Numbered from the stretch's first letter, positions 1-12,932 are shown. The stretch: 64,000 bases of DNA from Octopus sinensis (GCF_006345805.1 NC_043007.1:45136001-45200000), one strand, 5' to 3'. Notes: generated by a model not told the origin, from the letters alone. Translations and numbers: made by a program.

Positions 1-428
1 TCTATAAACTAGTAATATCATTAAAGCATACAAAGATATTTTAAATAAGAAAAACAGCAAAAGAAAACACAGACCAATGCCATTTGTGACCATAATGAGA
101 CAAAATCAGGAAAGTGTGCTATATGCGACGTAACGACCTCGGGGAGCAACAGCGTCAAAAAAATAATAACTTTTGCAAGAGCATTAAAAGAAAGACAATA
201 GGATAATGATTGAGAAAGGTCATACTCAGATAATGGCATCATCTAGTTATTGTAAGCAATGTTATATAGGACGTAATGAGAGTAATAGAAGGGATATATA
301 GTTCTCATGTAACTCTGATGTGTGCGGAGATGTAAGCAATTGTGTATGCATACACACAGAAACACGCTTACATATGAATAATATATATAGATAATGAGTA
401 AATATTCAATAGCGAATATTTATAAAGA

Positions 429-461
<33 letters not shown>

Positions 462-592
462 TACTACTACTACTATCTGCGGTATATATGATAATAATAA
501 TAATAATAATAATAACAACAACAATAACAACAATAATAAAAATAATAATAATAACAACAACAACAACAACAACAACAACAATAATAATAATA

Positions 593-624
<32 letters not shown>

Positions 625-650
625 TATATATATGTGTGTGTGTGTGTGCA

Positions 651-893
651 TACATGGATACAGGACGTCACCGACTGTGCAAACAACGTGAAATACGTAA
701 ACAACGTGCAAAAATGGAAAACAGGACAAGTAAAAACAGAATAAGGATCCTGCTCGAAATGAGGGGTAGATAGACAGCGGACAACTGATGAAGGGTTCTT
801 AACTCCGTATTTACTTATCCTCTTTTCCATCTTTCTCTTTGTTTTCGTATTTAAATATGGCTTGCATAGTTGATGACGTCCTACACCCATATA
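651..893. repeat. Inverted pair of 3' ends of uncharacterised interspersed repeat family C
   Basis: 657-741 (caggacgtcaccgactgtgc...ggacaagtaaaaacag) aligns with the reverse complement of 805-893 at roughly 70% by eye. The same sequence recurs at 1820-1925 and 23545-24060. Confidence 0.65.
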
Positions 894-898
894 TCCAT

Positions 899-1306
899 GT
901 GGCTGTGTGGTAAGTAGCTTGCTAACAAACCACATGGTTCAGGGTTCAGTCCCACTGCGTGGCATCTTGGGCAAGTGTCTTCTGCTATAATCCCCGGCCG
1001 ACCAATGCCTTGTGAGTGGATTTGGTAGACGGAAACTGAAAGAAGCCTGTCGTATATATGTATATATATATATATATGTGTGTGTATGTGTTTGTGTATT
1101 TGTGTGTCTGTGTTTGTCCCCCTAGCATTGCTTGACAACCGATGTTGGTGTGTTTATGTCCCTGTCACTTAGCGGTTCGGCAAAAGAGACCGATAGAATA
1201 AGTACTGGGCTTACAAAGAATAAGTCCCGGGGTCGATTTGCTCGACTAAAGGCGGTGCTCCAGCATGGCCGCAGTCAAATAACTGAAACAAGTAAAAGAG
1301 TAAAAG

Positions 1307-1307
<1 letters not shown>
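899..1307 (+). mobile_element. tRNA-derived SINE family A, near full length, young
   Basis: A box (tggctgtgtggt), B box (gggttcagtccc), internal TA/TG tract and tandem gtaaaaga tail. Nearly identical to the copies at 14661-15074 and 44984-45393. Confidence 0.9.
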
Positions 1308-1357
<50 letters not shown>

Positions 1358-1369
1358 ATTTATTACTAT

Positions 1370-1921
1370 TATGTAATTGAACGCAATGCATCCATTTCTA
1401 AATAAGTTCATCTTCACCTTTTGGATGCGACTCTACTCTATACTGTTTTCTTCCTTCTAATTCCGTTTGTCTCCCCTCTCTCTTTCACCGTTTTGTATCT
1501 GTCTCTCTGTCTGTCTCTCTCTCTCTCTCTCCCCCTTTCTCTTTTCACCTCTCTCGCTGCTCACACGTGACCATCGTCTATCTTTCTTTTCCTGCCTTTT
1601 CTCTTTTCAAAGGTAATATTTCACCTTGCGTTCACTATTTACCTCTCGTTCTGGTCAAACGATCCTCCATATTTGTTTTCGTTCGGTTTCCTTGTATGTT
1701 TCCACTGTCCTGTTATTGTTCTAAAATTTGACCTGCCATAAACCCTAAATTTTATTTTAGAATATATGGGAACAACTGTCTTTGAACACTCATATTGTCG
1801 TTGAATTCTCAAAATGGGGAGTAGATAGATAGCCGACAACGGTTGAAGGGGCTTTTCTGCGTGTTTACCTGTCCTGTTTTCCATTTTCTCGTTTTTTATG
1901 TATTTAACTCGTTTGTTCATA

Positions 1922-1925
<4 letters not shown>
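1370..1925 (+). repeat. Interspersed repeat family C, long copy (strand arbitrary)
   Basis: Homologous to the reverse complement of 23870-24630; shared motifs include aattttattttagaat.tatggga.caactgtctttgaa.actcatattgtcg and gagtagataga.agcc.acaac. Confidence 0.75.
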
Positions 1926-1952
<27 letters not shown>

Positions 1953-1992
1953 ACATACACAGACACACACACACACCACACACACACACACA

Positions 1993-2026
<34 letters not shown>

Positions 2027-2879
2027 TATATATATATATATATATATAACCACATATATATGCTAGTTCTAGTATCAAGTAATTTTAGCCATGTTATATA
2101 TACAATTGAAAGAATTTGTTAGAAGGTGGGCGAGCTCTATACTGTACTTTACTACGTTCTTAAAAGAATATACAATAACTATATATACTTATGTGTGTGG
2201 TTGCGTATGTGTGTGCCTGTGCGTGTGCATGTCTATATCAATATCTATAAAGCTGAAATGCGAAAAAGTTGTTTGATTTCTTGGTTATTTGTCTCATTTT
2301 GGGATGGGAACGGTTTAAGGGGCGGTAGATGGGGTCGGATTGGCGCCAAAATTTACACTGGGGGGTAAAATGGGGTGGGCAATGGTGTGAGGAGGGTTGC
2401 CAGTCGCTCGGGGCTACCGTTTGGTTGCCATGGTGAGGAATATGGGAAAAATTGAGTTTTATGGGATAGACAGGTTGTGCTGTTTGAATAATAGTGGCTC
2501 TTCGTGTTGCTACAGGAGCTAGAGGCGGTAATCTTTAATTGTGGGTGTAAAAATTGGGGGATTTTGGAAAGGGGGTAAAGAAGAGGGCAATAAAAAGAAC
2601 CAGGCAAAGAAGACGAACAAAAGAAGAAAGGGAAAAAGAGACAACTCGCACAAAACAGCACTATCACCAAAACCCGAGCGAAGCACGGGTCAAAATAGCT
2701 AGTCTTTATATATATATTTCTTTATCTTCATATATAGTTGTAATAATAAAATCAAACCAAAGAGTGATATTATGAAATCATTTAATACGTACATTTTGCG
2801 TTATGTATAATAGGAAATGCATCCATTACGTAACCCTTTCTGAGTTAAAGCGTTTTAAAATATGAAAAAAATTGATGGA

Positions 2880-3790
2880 AAACTTTCAATATATTCAATA
2901 TATTGTTAGAGCAGTGAATCGGCTACTTAGGAAGATGACAACATAAGAATTCCTATTTCCAAAGCCTTCTATAATAGATTATATATAAAATTCACAGCTT
3001 ATTTAATAGAAAATCACTGAATTTATTACATTCTACAACCCCAACATAGAAGCAATAATAACAACACCCAACAGGTTTAAACTAAGAAAGCTAAATATTG
3101 TACCTCCACTTGTTTGACAACGCAAGGAAACTAAAACTCAAATCTCTATTCAAAACTTTGACCGAATCATCGCCAGGTCACCGAGAAATACTTGAGTTAA
3201 AGAACAACGTCGATATTATCAGCCCATCTTCACCAAGAATTACCGACAATCAGATAATCAACTACCAGCCAACCAACCAGCCAACGAACGAACGAACGAA
3301 CGAACCAACCAACCAACCAGCCAGCCATATTACTATCATCACCATAATCATCAGCAGTAGCAGAGCCTATATCTCCACCACAACGCGGACGCAATTTCAA
3401 AGCCTGGAAAGACATATCCATTAATCGGAAACTGTCCAAACTAACGTAGTGTATCAGTGCCTAGCAAGAAGTTTTACCGTTAGATTCTACATCGGAACCA
3501 CCCCTAATGCGGTGAAACTCTGAATATCAACTCACTTACACACCTTCCAAAATAGCAACCATAAACCTAACACTTCACGAGCCGAATATATTCGTTTACT
3601 TAAATCCCAGAATATCAACCACAAAATTAAATGGTTCATTGTAGCTAAAGCCCAGCCATGTAAGAATAACGAGAGTATTTGCGAGCTCTGCCTCGGCTAA
3701 ACATGGAAATTATTTTTGCTGATAGGAAAACAATCCTTAACAAATGCGACAAGTTCTTTATAATTTGTAAGAATAAGCTAAAATTTGTTT
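2880..3790 (+). mobile_element. Decayed Penelope-like element, RT C-terminus plus GIY-YIG endonuclease (pseudogene)
   Basis: Broken frames read NIRIPISKAFYNRLYIKF, FYNPNIEAIITTPNR, TNVVYQC...RFYIGTT...STHLHTF...EYIRLLKSQNINHKIKWFIVAKAQPCKNNESICELCL. This is a VY/YIG endonuclease followed by a KW...CxLC tail. Stops, frameshifts and an (AACC/AACG)n insertion are present. Confidence 0.7.
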
Positions 3791-4107
3791 TTAAGAAATA
3801 TATGAGAGAAAACGGTTAATCTTATAAGACATTCTTACTTTATTTTACCAATGGTTTACTTAACACTTATTTTCATTGACTCCCCTATATATTTATACTA
3901 TATCTTCAGTTCGCATATACCTCGTTTCATTCAGTTCCTTTCTTACCATTCTTAAAATCTTAAACTTTTCTTAATATTATCTCAAAATAATTTTACACAT
4001 CTTATTTTGCATTACTATACTACTACTAGCTTTTTTTCATGCATCTTGTTACTCCATCATGCATTCACCCTTCATGTAATCTCCTCATAGGGTTAAAACG
4101 GCCTGAC

Positions 4108-4152
<45 letters not shown>

Positions 4153-7100
4153 ACACACAGAGTATAATGACACTTTATTTCATGTTACTCCAGTCCACTC
4201 ATCTAGCAAGAATGAGAATGATCTGTATTTCAAAGGGCCAGCCTTGTCATAATCTGCCTGACGCTGAATCCCCGCGAGAACTACGTTAAGGTTACGCGTG
4301 TCTGTAGAGTGCTCAGCCTCTTTCACGTTAATTTCACAAAGAGGCTGTTCCGTTGATTGGATCAACTGCAACTCACGTCATCGTAACCGACGGAATGCCA
4401 CATATGTACGTAGTACGAATGTATGTATATATGTATGTGAATGTATACGTATATATATATATATATGTAAGTCATGACATAGGGTTAACAGTAGTAGAGA
4501 AGATTGAACTTTGTCATGTGGAGTACAACGTAAAACCGTCTAACAAAAGGGTAAAACCAACAATCTCAAATGCACACCAACGAAGTCGAGTGAAGTATTT
4601 GATACATAAAAGGTGGAAATAGTTCCCTAAGAGACATTTGTTAGTAACTGAGTAATGACTATGATATAAAACCACAAGATGTTTGACATTCAACTACATG
4701 TAACTATTGGTTGTGAAGTTTGTGAAACGAAATAGACAATAATTTGTAATACTAATCATTGTTTTCGCTAAAACTGAGGTTTGTAGCACAGAACAGCAAT
4801 ATATACAAAACTAAACACGGAAATGTGTGTACTTGTATAATATCCTGATACACCGTATCAACTTTGCTATAATATTAGTAGAATATTGCTGTAATAACAG
4901 TAGAACAGGTACTTCTGCTTGATCTTTAAATGAGGAGATCATTTGATATCCAATATGTTGAAATCGAGACTTAGTAGTTCTCCATCCATCGTAACTTATA
5001 CAGACGACAACAGTTCATCTTCATTGCTTTATTATTCTTTTTATTTGCTCTATCTATTGAACTTAATGAGAATAAGTTGAGACAATGTCAAATGTTATAG
5101 GATTTTTACTGTCATTTCAGTAAAACGACAACAGTTTTGTTTATCAACCTATTTAATTTTATCTTATATAGCTAAATATATATAACTCAACCAATAGAAG
5201 ATCGGCCATATTTTACGCAACAAAATGAGTCGAGGATAAAACCAAACAAATTATTGATATGTTGTCAATGGTTAGTATGGCCTAAAATTCTTTGTGGTTT
5301 AGTCAGTTTAATACCGAAATTAGGTTTCCAATAGTGAAATGTTTCAAACAATTTGAAATTACGCATAACAAATTGGAAAACATTCCGGACAATTATTTCA
5401 GTTAAGCGAATGAAAATGCAAATATATGCAAAAACGTTAAGTGATAGCTATAAAGCTAATTTATAGTTTCTCGTTAAATATGCATGCAATCCATTTCTTT
5501 TTACACGAACATCTACCAAGAACGTTTGTATATTTCAACGTGAAGATTAAAATTTGATTGATACTAAGAATAATAGTGAAAAAGGAAAAACATATCTCAA
5601 TTCTAATGCATCATAATTTAACGGTATTTTCTTCCTATCACAGAAATGCAAAACTTTACGTTGATATTTTAATTAACTTTAAAGCCGATTTTCGTTAAAA
5701 ATTACACCAAATAAATATAACACTCGAATCTTGGAAGGGGTCCTTCACTTATTCGTTTGAATTACTGATAACTTTCGGAGTAAGAACTGTTCTTCTGACC
5801 GAGAAACTTTCTTCAAGACCTAGAATGATCATAATTCGATATGCTTATCATTTGTAAATACAAGAAGGGAAGATTTGTTACGACATGAGATCATAGATAA
5901 GCATTGGTGGAACAGTCGTATAATCGAATGTATTTCGACTATGCTTTATTTTGTATATTTGGGATTATATTCGCTAATGTGCCCTCCTTTATAGAGAGTG
6001 TAGGTTGTGATTTAGTGGAATTTGATTACCATTTCGAGTTGGACGGCGATGTCTACATGCTTCTTTAACACAGACAATGTTAATGTCCTACATTTTGGAA
6101 GGAATAAAGAAAGTTTTACTATTCATACGATGTTTAAAAGTTTCAGGCTGGTATGGAAGTTAAAGCAGCTCCAATCAGAGATAGAAATTGCATCCTGGTC
6201 TTAGGTTAACGAGGTTTCGCTTATTTTTTCTCTGTGATATTCACCATAAATTACTGGAAAAAACCCCAAAAATGTTTTCGTCTAACAAGACAAACATCAT
6301 ATATCTCAAGAGGAGCGGCAACGTGAAGTTTTTAACGCTCATTATATATTTAACAGACTTAATTAGAAGATTACGTGAAGCTAAATTAATTCAATCATAG
6401 ATTGAAAGAGCACTATAGTATCAGTCTTCCGTGAGCTAGGCTTTTGTTCCATGGGGCTTGTTTCGTCCGACGAAGCAGTCGGTTTAATTAGTGTCTGTAC
6501 TATATGACCCCTAAATTAAAATATCATTTGTGACGTTTATACTTTTCCTCAAACCATATATCTATTCTTGTCTTTGTATTGCACTTGTTTTAAAGGATAT
6601 CAAATGCTTGGCTAAGATTTATCGTATCGACCCAGAGCCGGAATACAAATTCCGTCCCAGGTGGATTTCAATATTGAACATAGTAAAATATTATATACTC
6701 TTCAGTTACTTTACGCTACCCATCTGCTCTCCTTCAATATCACCACTACCATCAACACCGCAACAACAATGGCAACAACAACAACATCAATAAAAACGAA
6801 CCAACGAGGAATCCCTTACTTAGTCACTTGACTTCCAAGAAATGGCAGAACAATTACTTGAAATGGCATTGCTTTTTTTTCCTATAATGGACTATAATGA
6901 GGCATACACAAGTATATCCATGTTTAAGAAAAGGACGGGATAGTCATGGTTGGAATTTTCGATGTGAGTTGTAGAATCAAAGAAGAACGAAAATTATAAT
7001 TGTAATTGTGAATCTATTTTAGCCCGTCAAGCTTTTTGCATTATTAATGAATTATTCTGTGTTCCTTATATACAGAATGTGACAAATTTTGACTAGGCAT

Positions 7101-7392
7101 GTGACTACAGGTTACACGACTTGTCATTGACAAGCTCAAGAAGGACGAAGAGCGTCTAGGGATTCTATGAGTCACTGCTGGGACGATGTTCGCTTCACTC
7201 ATATATATATATATATATAAATTAATTGTTATCGCCATATTAATATGGCATTCTTATAGATATAAGAATAATCACTGCCATGGTCAGCTCCATGAGGCCA
7301 CCGCCATCAAGATAGCTATTGATACACGATCTGTATCCATTATAACCTTATATAGTGTTTTTAAACATGTCTATGCTGAGATTTCCTCTCAG

Positions 7393-7521
7393 AAGTAAAG
7401 AACACGGCATCATGCCTGCTAATGATGTATAATACTTTAAATGTAACACACAAACACACAGACGGCTCTTATAGTTATAATGATTTCCTCTGTTCAAAAA
7501 GCGAAAAGCGTCATATCTTAG
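7393..7521 (+). CDS. Candidate internal coding exon, unknown gene
   Basis: Acceptor atttcctctcAG, donor AG|GTGAGT, 129 nt, phase 1-1, open frame xVKNTASCLLMMYNTLNVTHKHTDGSYSYNDFLCSKSEKRHIL. No family recognised. Confidence 0.25.
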
Positions 7522-10112
7522 GTGAGTGTGTGTATATTCGATTGAATTGAAAACAGTTTTTGAACCCAGAAAGGTAAAAGACAAAACACCTCTGTGGGTT
7601 TTTGAGCTTAGAAAGGAAAGGAACGTAAATCATAGCATATTTGAAACCTTTTCTCTATCCCAGAATGACATTGGGCAAACGTCAACATTGAGCAAACGTG
7701 ACCACTTAAGATAAAATATTTCTGATGGATAATCTCTACTTTCTCAGCGAGATTGTAACTAGTGATGGGTCCATTACAATAATAGCCATAAGCGTTAATT
7801 GATATCATTATTTATGATAGAATATTCTTTATTATATACACGATGGGTCGTTCATCGTTGGTTGGATTACAGGAAAAAAGGTGAATAGTCAAAATGAGCC
7901 ATACTGTTTAATTTTGCAGAAATCGATCTGTGTAGGGCTTCAATTTTGAAGATATCTATGCGTAATCATATCGGAAATGCGTATAGAAGTGACACGATTG
8001 ATAGGAGAATAAACAGAAAAAATAAGAAATAAGGGAAAAACAATAAGGAGTAGGTAATATGAATATATAATGCTGCATTAATCTTATAAGACGGTTAGAG
8101 AGAAAAGCAATAGGAGGTAGTTGAGTTAAAACCGTATTATGAGTGCTGGACGGCAATGTACGTCATATAACATATAATATAATACCCCACCCCATCCACA
8201 TACACTTATATAAATATATATATATATACATGCTTATGTATTTTTGTGTTTGTATGTGTATGTGTGTGTGCGTATGCGTGTATGTTGTGTGTGTGCGTGT
8301 TTTTGTTTGTGTGTATATACAGCTCCGATGGAGGATATTTTGTGTAACTGAACGAAGATGGGAATATATTGACTAAAGCTTACGGTAAAGATAAATAAGA
8401 AATATAATTTAACCGAGAGTATTGAAGCGAGGTGTTTATCAGAGTTTTATAATAGGAAATATTGATGGCTACAGATATCGTCCTTTGGTTAAGAATTTCG
8501 CGTGACCAGAATGTGATTTTGGCATATTGGGCAATTGTGCTTAAATACAGTTTCAAGTCTGCTAAAGTTTTTGAATAAAATTTGGTAGACAGAAACTGGG
8601 GAAGAGTGTTGGCTATACACACGCGCGCACATACACACATACACGCCCCCTCTCTACACACACACATACATGTACGTACGTTGCTTAATGTCCACCGATT
8701 GAGAAAGCAGTGCTCAATACATATGCTGAAGAGGATATAGTTTTTTTTATTATTAAAACTCGATCTGAGAGTTGGTCTCGTGATTCAAGCTGTACGGCAC
8801 CGCATTTTGAATGCTTACTTTCTCCTGAAACTCCGCATTCAAAATGACAGTGTGAACAACGCTAGAGATTTGAATTATTTGTATAGTCCTTTAAGACAGT
8901 TTCTCTCTACCATACGTCATTCATAACACTTGGGGAAGTAAAGGCTATGGAAATATATATTTGCTCCGAAGTGTTACGTATTAGGATCGACCTCGGAAAT
9001 TCTTGTAAACTTTCTAACTATTTGGCCACGCTTGAATTCATAAAGTTATATATACTGCTCACAGAAATCACATCGGTTTATCTTACAAGTTTTTATCAGA
9101 TAAAAACTATATGAGCTCTACTCGGAACGGTAGGCTTGCTAGAAATAGTAGATAAATATCTCTCGTATCATATTCTGTTATCTTAAACGACAAGAAACAT
9201 ATATAGCAATGTAATTTTAGAGTCAATATTCTTTCATATAATGGAGTAAAATCACGATCTGGTTGATTTTTGATCTTGTGATCTTTTTTCCCCCTCCACG
9301 ACTGACATGCAGATAAGCAACAACAGCAATTAATTTAATACGTAGTTTTGTAGCATATTCTCCTCAATAAAACTGCTGCTTCTCACAAATGTCTGTAAGC
9401 AGTGATAAAGACTGAAACAAAATTTTCTCATTTTTAAAATTATCGACGCCAGGCGAAAGTCTTCTTTAACAACGGAACAGATGTAGCAATTGTTTCTTCA
9501 CAAAGACCAATTCTCTGTAGCAAGTTGCGTTCTAAAGAACTCCGATTTAATGCTTGGTTAATTTCTTTCTTTTTTCTCAAAGAAGAACACACTTGAATGA
9601 TTCAAAACAAGTGAATGTTTTTTTTCCGTCCTGCTGACAAGAAAACGTGTTTATTTTTTTTATTTTTATAGAGAGAAACAAATCGATATCGTTATTGTTG
9701 TAAGGCAATAACATTATAGGAAATAACATTATAGAAAATAACAGTTGTGATGCCAAGAATTTTATGCTCGTACTTGATGCATTAATTTCTCTATTCCAAT
9801 ATAAACTTTTCTAAACACAACTGTGGCTTTAACTTAAACAAAACTATTTGAAAGCATAAGACTTACATTACCGTTACATTTGCAAATGTATAACCGTAGC
9901 CCTCGTGGTATAAGAAGCATTGAAGAAAATAGAAAGATCATAGCATTTGCAGAACCATTGTTGATGAATCCAAATCTACTTGTCTTAGAATTTGTTGAGT
10001 GTTTTGAAATATCTATCTTTAAATGCTAAGATAAGGACGGAAAGTTGATTAGAACAAAAAGTACCCATCTATAGAATTACTTCTGCATATTAGTCGTTGT
10101 CGATGTATTAAT

Positions 10113-10488
10113 AACTAGCAGTATCGCCCGGTGTTGCTCGGGTTTGTTTCGACTATTTAGAATAGGAATTTTTGAAAATTAAAAAAATGCATTATGTAGC
10201 TTGTTATTCTCTTTAAGTGAACATTTTTCTGGTTGAAATACACCGAAAAATGGCGACACAGCAGTCAAAAAATCGTTAAAAATAGGGATTTTCATAGGAA
10301 AAAGGCACCTTTTTGATGCAAATAAATTTTGGTCTTAACATGGTCCGATTCGAATTTTATCTTCTCCGGAATGAAGAACAAGCCTTCTTCTATCATACTC
10401 TCAATTTTGGTCATCTTGCGCCGCAGGGTTTCGGAAGAGGTAATGTTAGTTGAAGGCTACCAAACCTGCCACACACAGACAACTTCAG

Positions 10489-10530
<42 letters not shown>
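10113..10530 (+). mobile_element. Non-autonomous Helitron/Helentron-like (HINE-type) element
   Basis: Starts aactagcagtatcgcccggtgttgctcggg with a small subterminal hairpin and ends cacacacagacaacttcagctttatata, the usual architecture of these elements. Confidence 0.6.
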
Positions 10531-10566
<36 letters not shown>

Positions 10567-10889
10567 GTATGTATATATATATATATCTTTAAGAATCAAA
10601 AGGGTTTCATTTACTTCGTTAAAGTTTGTCTATGGTGCATTATATGAATCAATAGATACATAACGCATAAATTAACAGTTATCTCTGTTGGGCATAGCAT
10701 CGATGATATACTTGTATTTAAATCTTACAACACCAAACGGTTATAGAGTTATGTGTTAGTGAGCATGTAGGCACCTGCTGTTACATTAACTAAGTATTAT
10801 GGCAAGAAATCCTAAGAAATTGAGTATAATGACTCAAGCGGTGATTCAATCAGCATACTAATCTTTGTGAGAAGCTTACTGTTGTTACC

Positions 10890-11027
10890 ATGTATCTGTA
10901 TATAATCGAGTATGGGTTAGATTACAACTTCTACAATCAAATGTGGCGAAGATGTGATCTTGTGAACGATAATAATAAGCTATGCAATGGTGTATCTGGG
11001 ATTAAATGCTGTATTCTACTACATTAA
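10890..11027 (+). CDS. Short Cys-rich ORF with a defensin-like C-terminal spacing (C-x9-C-x7-CC)
   Basis: Translates MYLYIIEYGLDYNFYNQMWRRCDLVNDNNKLCNGVSGIKCCILLH*. Only 4 Cys, no signal peptide, and only a weak acceptor at 10919-10920. Confidence 0.15.
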   Translation: MYLYIIEYGLDYNFYNQMWRRCDLVNDNNKLCNGVSGIKCCILLH

Positions 11028-11335
11028 AATCTGGAAATCCTCCTAAAATCTTTCCCTTTTCACACTGAAACACAAAATCGATCATATTACATTCGATATA
11101 AACGATTGTTACATAATGTTGCCGAGATTTATAGCATTACGTACAGACAGACTATACATGTTTATAAAGACAAGCCTTTATCTCAACTTTGACAGGAAAT
11201 ATTTACATATTTGCGTGAGACACAAATTACTATTCAGTTGTTATTAGCAAAGTAATTATAAAAAGAGTATATTTGGTAATTTCAAGCAAACTGTGTTCAT
11301 TCGATAGTAAGAGATATTTAATTACACTAGTAGTG

Positions 11336-11380
<45 letters not shown>

Positions 11381-11404
11381 ATGATGATGATAATAATAAT
11401 AATG

Positions 11405-11445
<41 letters not shown>

Positions 11446-11454
11446 CATCATCAT

Positions 11455-11650
11455 GGTTTCAAATTTTGCCACAAAGGCAGCGCTTTTGGGGGACGGAATG
11501 GGTAAATTACTTCGACACCAGTGTTCTTTTGGTACTTATTTTACCAACCCAGAAATGAATACTAAAAATGAACCCGACCACTCTCAAAAATTAAGTAAAA
11601 AACACAGGAGAAATAATGCAGAATCCTTCTCCGATGCCGGATTGACCCCA
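11455..11650 (-). mobile_element. Old SINE family B copy
   Basis: Degenerate match to family B (ttttgccacaaggc...ggtacttattttac...gaaatgaa). Confidence 0.5.
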
Positions 11651-11820
11651 AAATTTAATCAGTTCGCGCCCGTCACAAGGCCAAACATCTCTAAAAGTTT
11701 CATCATAATCCATCTTGCGGTTCTTGAGATATCATGACTGAAAACAATACAAACATGACTGAAAACAATACCTCCGCATTCGCTGAGGCAGAGGTAATAA
11801 TAAAAATAATAATAATAATC

Positions 11821-11853
<33 letters not shown>

Positions 11854-11937
11854 GTAATAGTAATGTTTCTCCTCCTCTTTCTCTTCCTCTTCCTCCTCCT
11901 CCTTATCATAATCATCATCATCATTATTATTAATATT

Positions 11938-12330
11938 AAGGCAGCTATCTGGCAGAATCGTCAGTACGTCGAACAAACTGATTAGTTGTATTATGTCTGT
12001 CTTTACATTCTGAGTTCAAATTCAGCCGAGGTCGACTCTGCCTTTCATCCTTTCGGGGTCAATAAATTAAGTACCAGTTGCCTACTGGGATCCATCTAAT
12101 CGGTTGACACCCTCCTCTAAATTTTTGGGCCTTGTGCCTAGAGAAAAAAAAAATATTAAGGCGGCGATCTGTCAGAATCGTCAGTACGTCGAACAAACTG
12201 ATTAGCGGCATTTCCTCTGGCTTTACGTTCTGGGTTCAAATTCTGCCGAGGTCGACTTTGCCTTTCATACTTAGTTGAGAAATGGGGTCGATGTAATCGA
12301 CTTACCGGCTCTTCCTAAATTGCAGCCTTG
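11938..12330 (+). mobile_element. Two tandem tRNA-derived SINE family B copies (Deu/Nin-like core)
   Basis: Heads aaggc.gc.a.ctggcagaatcg, B box gagttcaaattc, core gccgaggtcgact.tgcctttcat. Copies at about 11938-12140 and 12158-12330. Confidence 0.85.
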
Positions 12331-12654
12331 TTTTAAATATAAAAAAAAACATTATCATCATCATCATTGTTATCTACTTTTCTTTCATTACAATATTCGG
12401 TGATTATTGAAACAAAATACGATCAACTATTCATGACATTACTACCAGAACTCACATTAATTACAAAGACTTGTCATTAAATAAGTGCATCACCATTAAC
12501 AATTACACTTCCGTTTTCCAAGTATGTCATATTACCAGCGAAATTCGAGCCAAAGACGATGAACAAAATACTTTGCAGTGACTGTCTCTGTTCTTCACGT
12601 TCAGATTATTAAAATCGAGTCCATATTTCTTTCAAACTAGTGATCTTGTATATA

Positions 12655-12870
12655 TATTACTGGTTTCAAATTTTGGCAGAAGGCCAACAGTTTCAGGGAG
12701 CGGGTACATCCACCCAGTATTTGAATGGTGCTTATTTTATCGACTTCAAGGAGATGAAAGACAAAGTGGACCTTGGCGGAATATGAACAGAGTACATAAA
12801 GACGGACGAAATGCCGATAAGCATTTTGCCCGGCACCTTAACTATTCTGCCAGCTCGTCGCGTTACTACG
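12655..12870 (-). mobile_element. SINE family B copy
   Basis: Reverse-complement match (ggtgcttattttatcgac...gatgaaagacaaagtggaccttggcgga...ctgccagctcg). Confidence 0.8.
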
Positions 12871-12874
12871 GATC

Positions 12875-12931
<57 letters not shown>

Positions 12932-12932
<1 letters not shown>

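Noticed and set aside
394-744. Long ORFs of poly-I/N/Y/T/H and YI/CV/HT/LSIY repeats throughout the ORF track (for example 47498-48262)
   Set aside because: They are translations of (TAA)n, (TA)n, (CA)n and (TATC)n microsatellites, not genes.
752-800. Possible type II hammerhead in family C (ctcgaaa...ctgatga)
   Set aside because: Stems I and III cannot be formed convincingly.
9440-9595. Minus frame CSSLRKKKEINQALNRSSLERNLLQRIGLCEETIATSVPLLKKTFAWRR*
   Set aside because: No good splice sites; LLQRIGLCEET faintly resembles the mariner FLxRIVTxDET motif, so it is more likely a fossil element.
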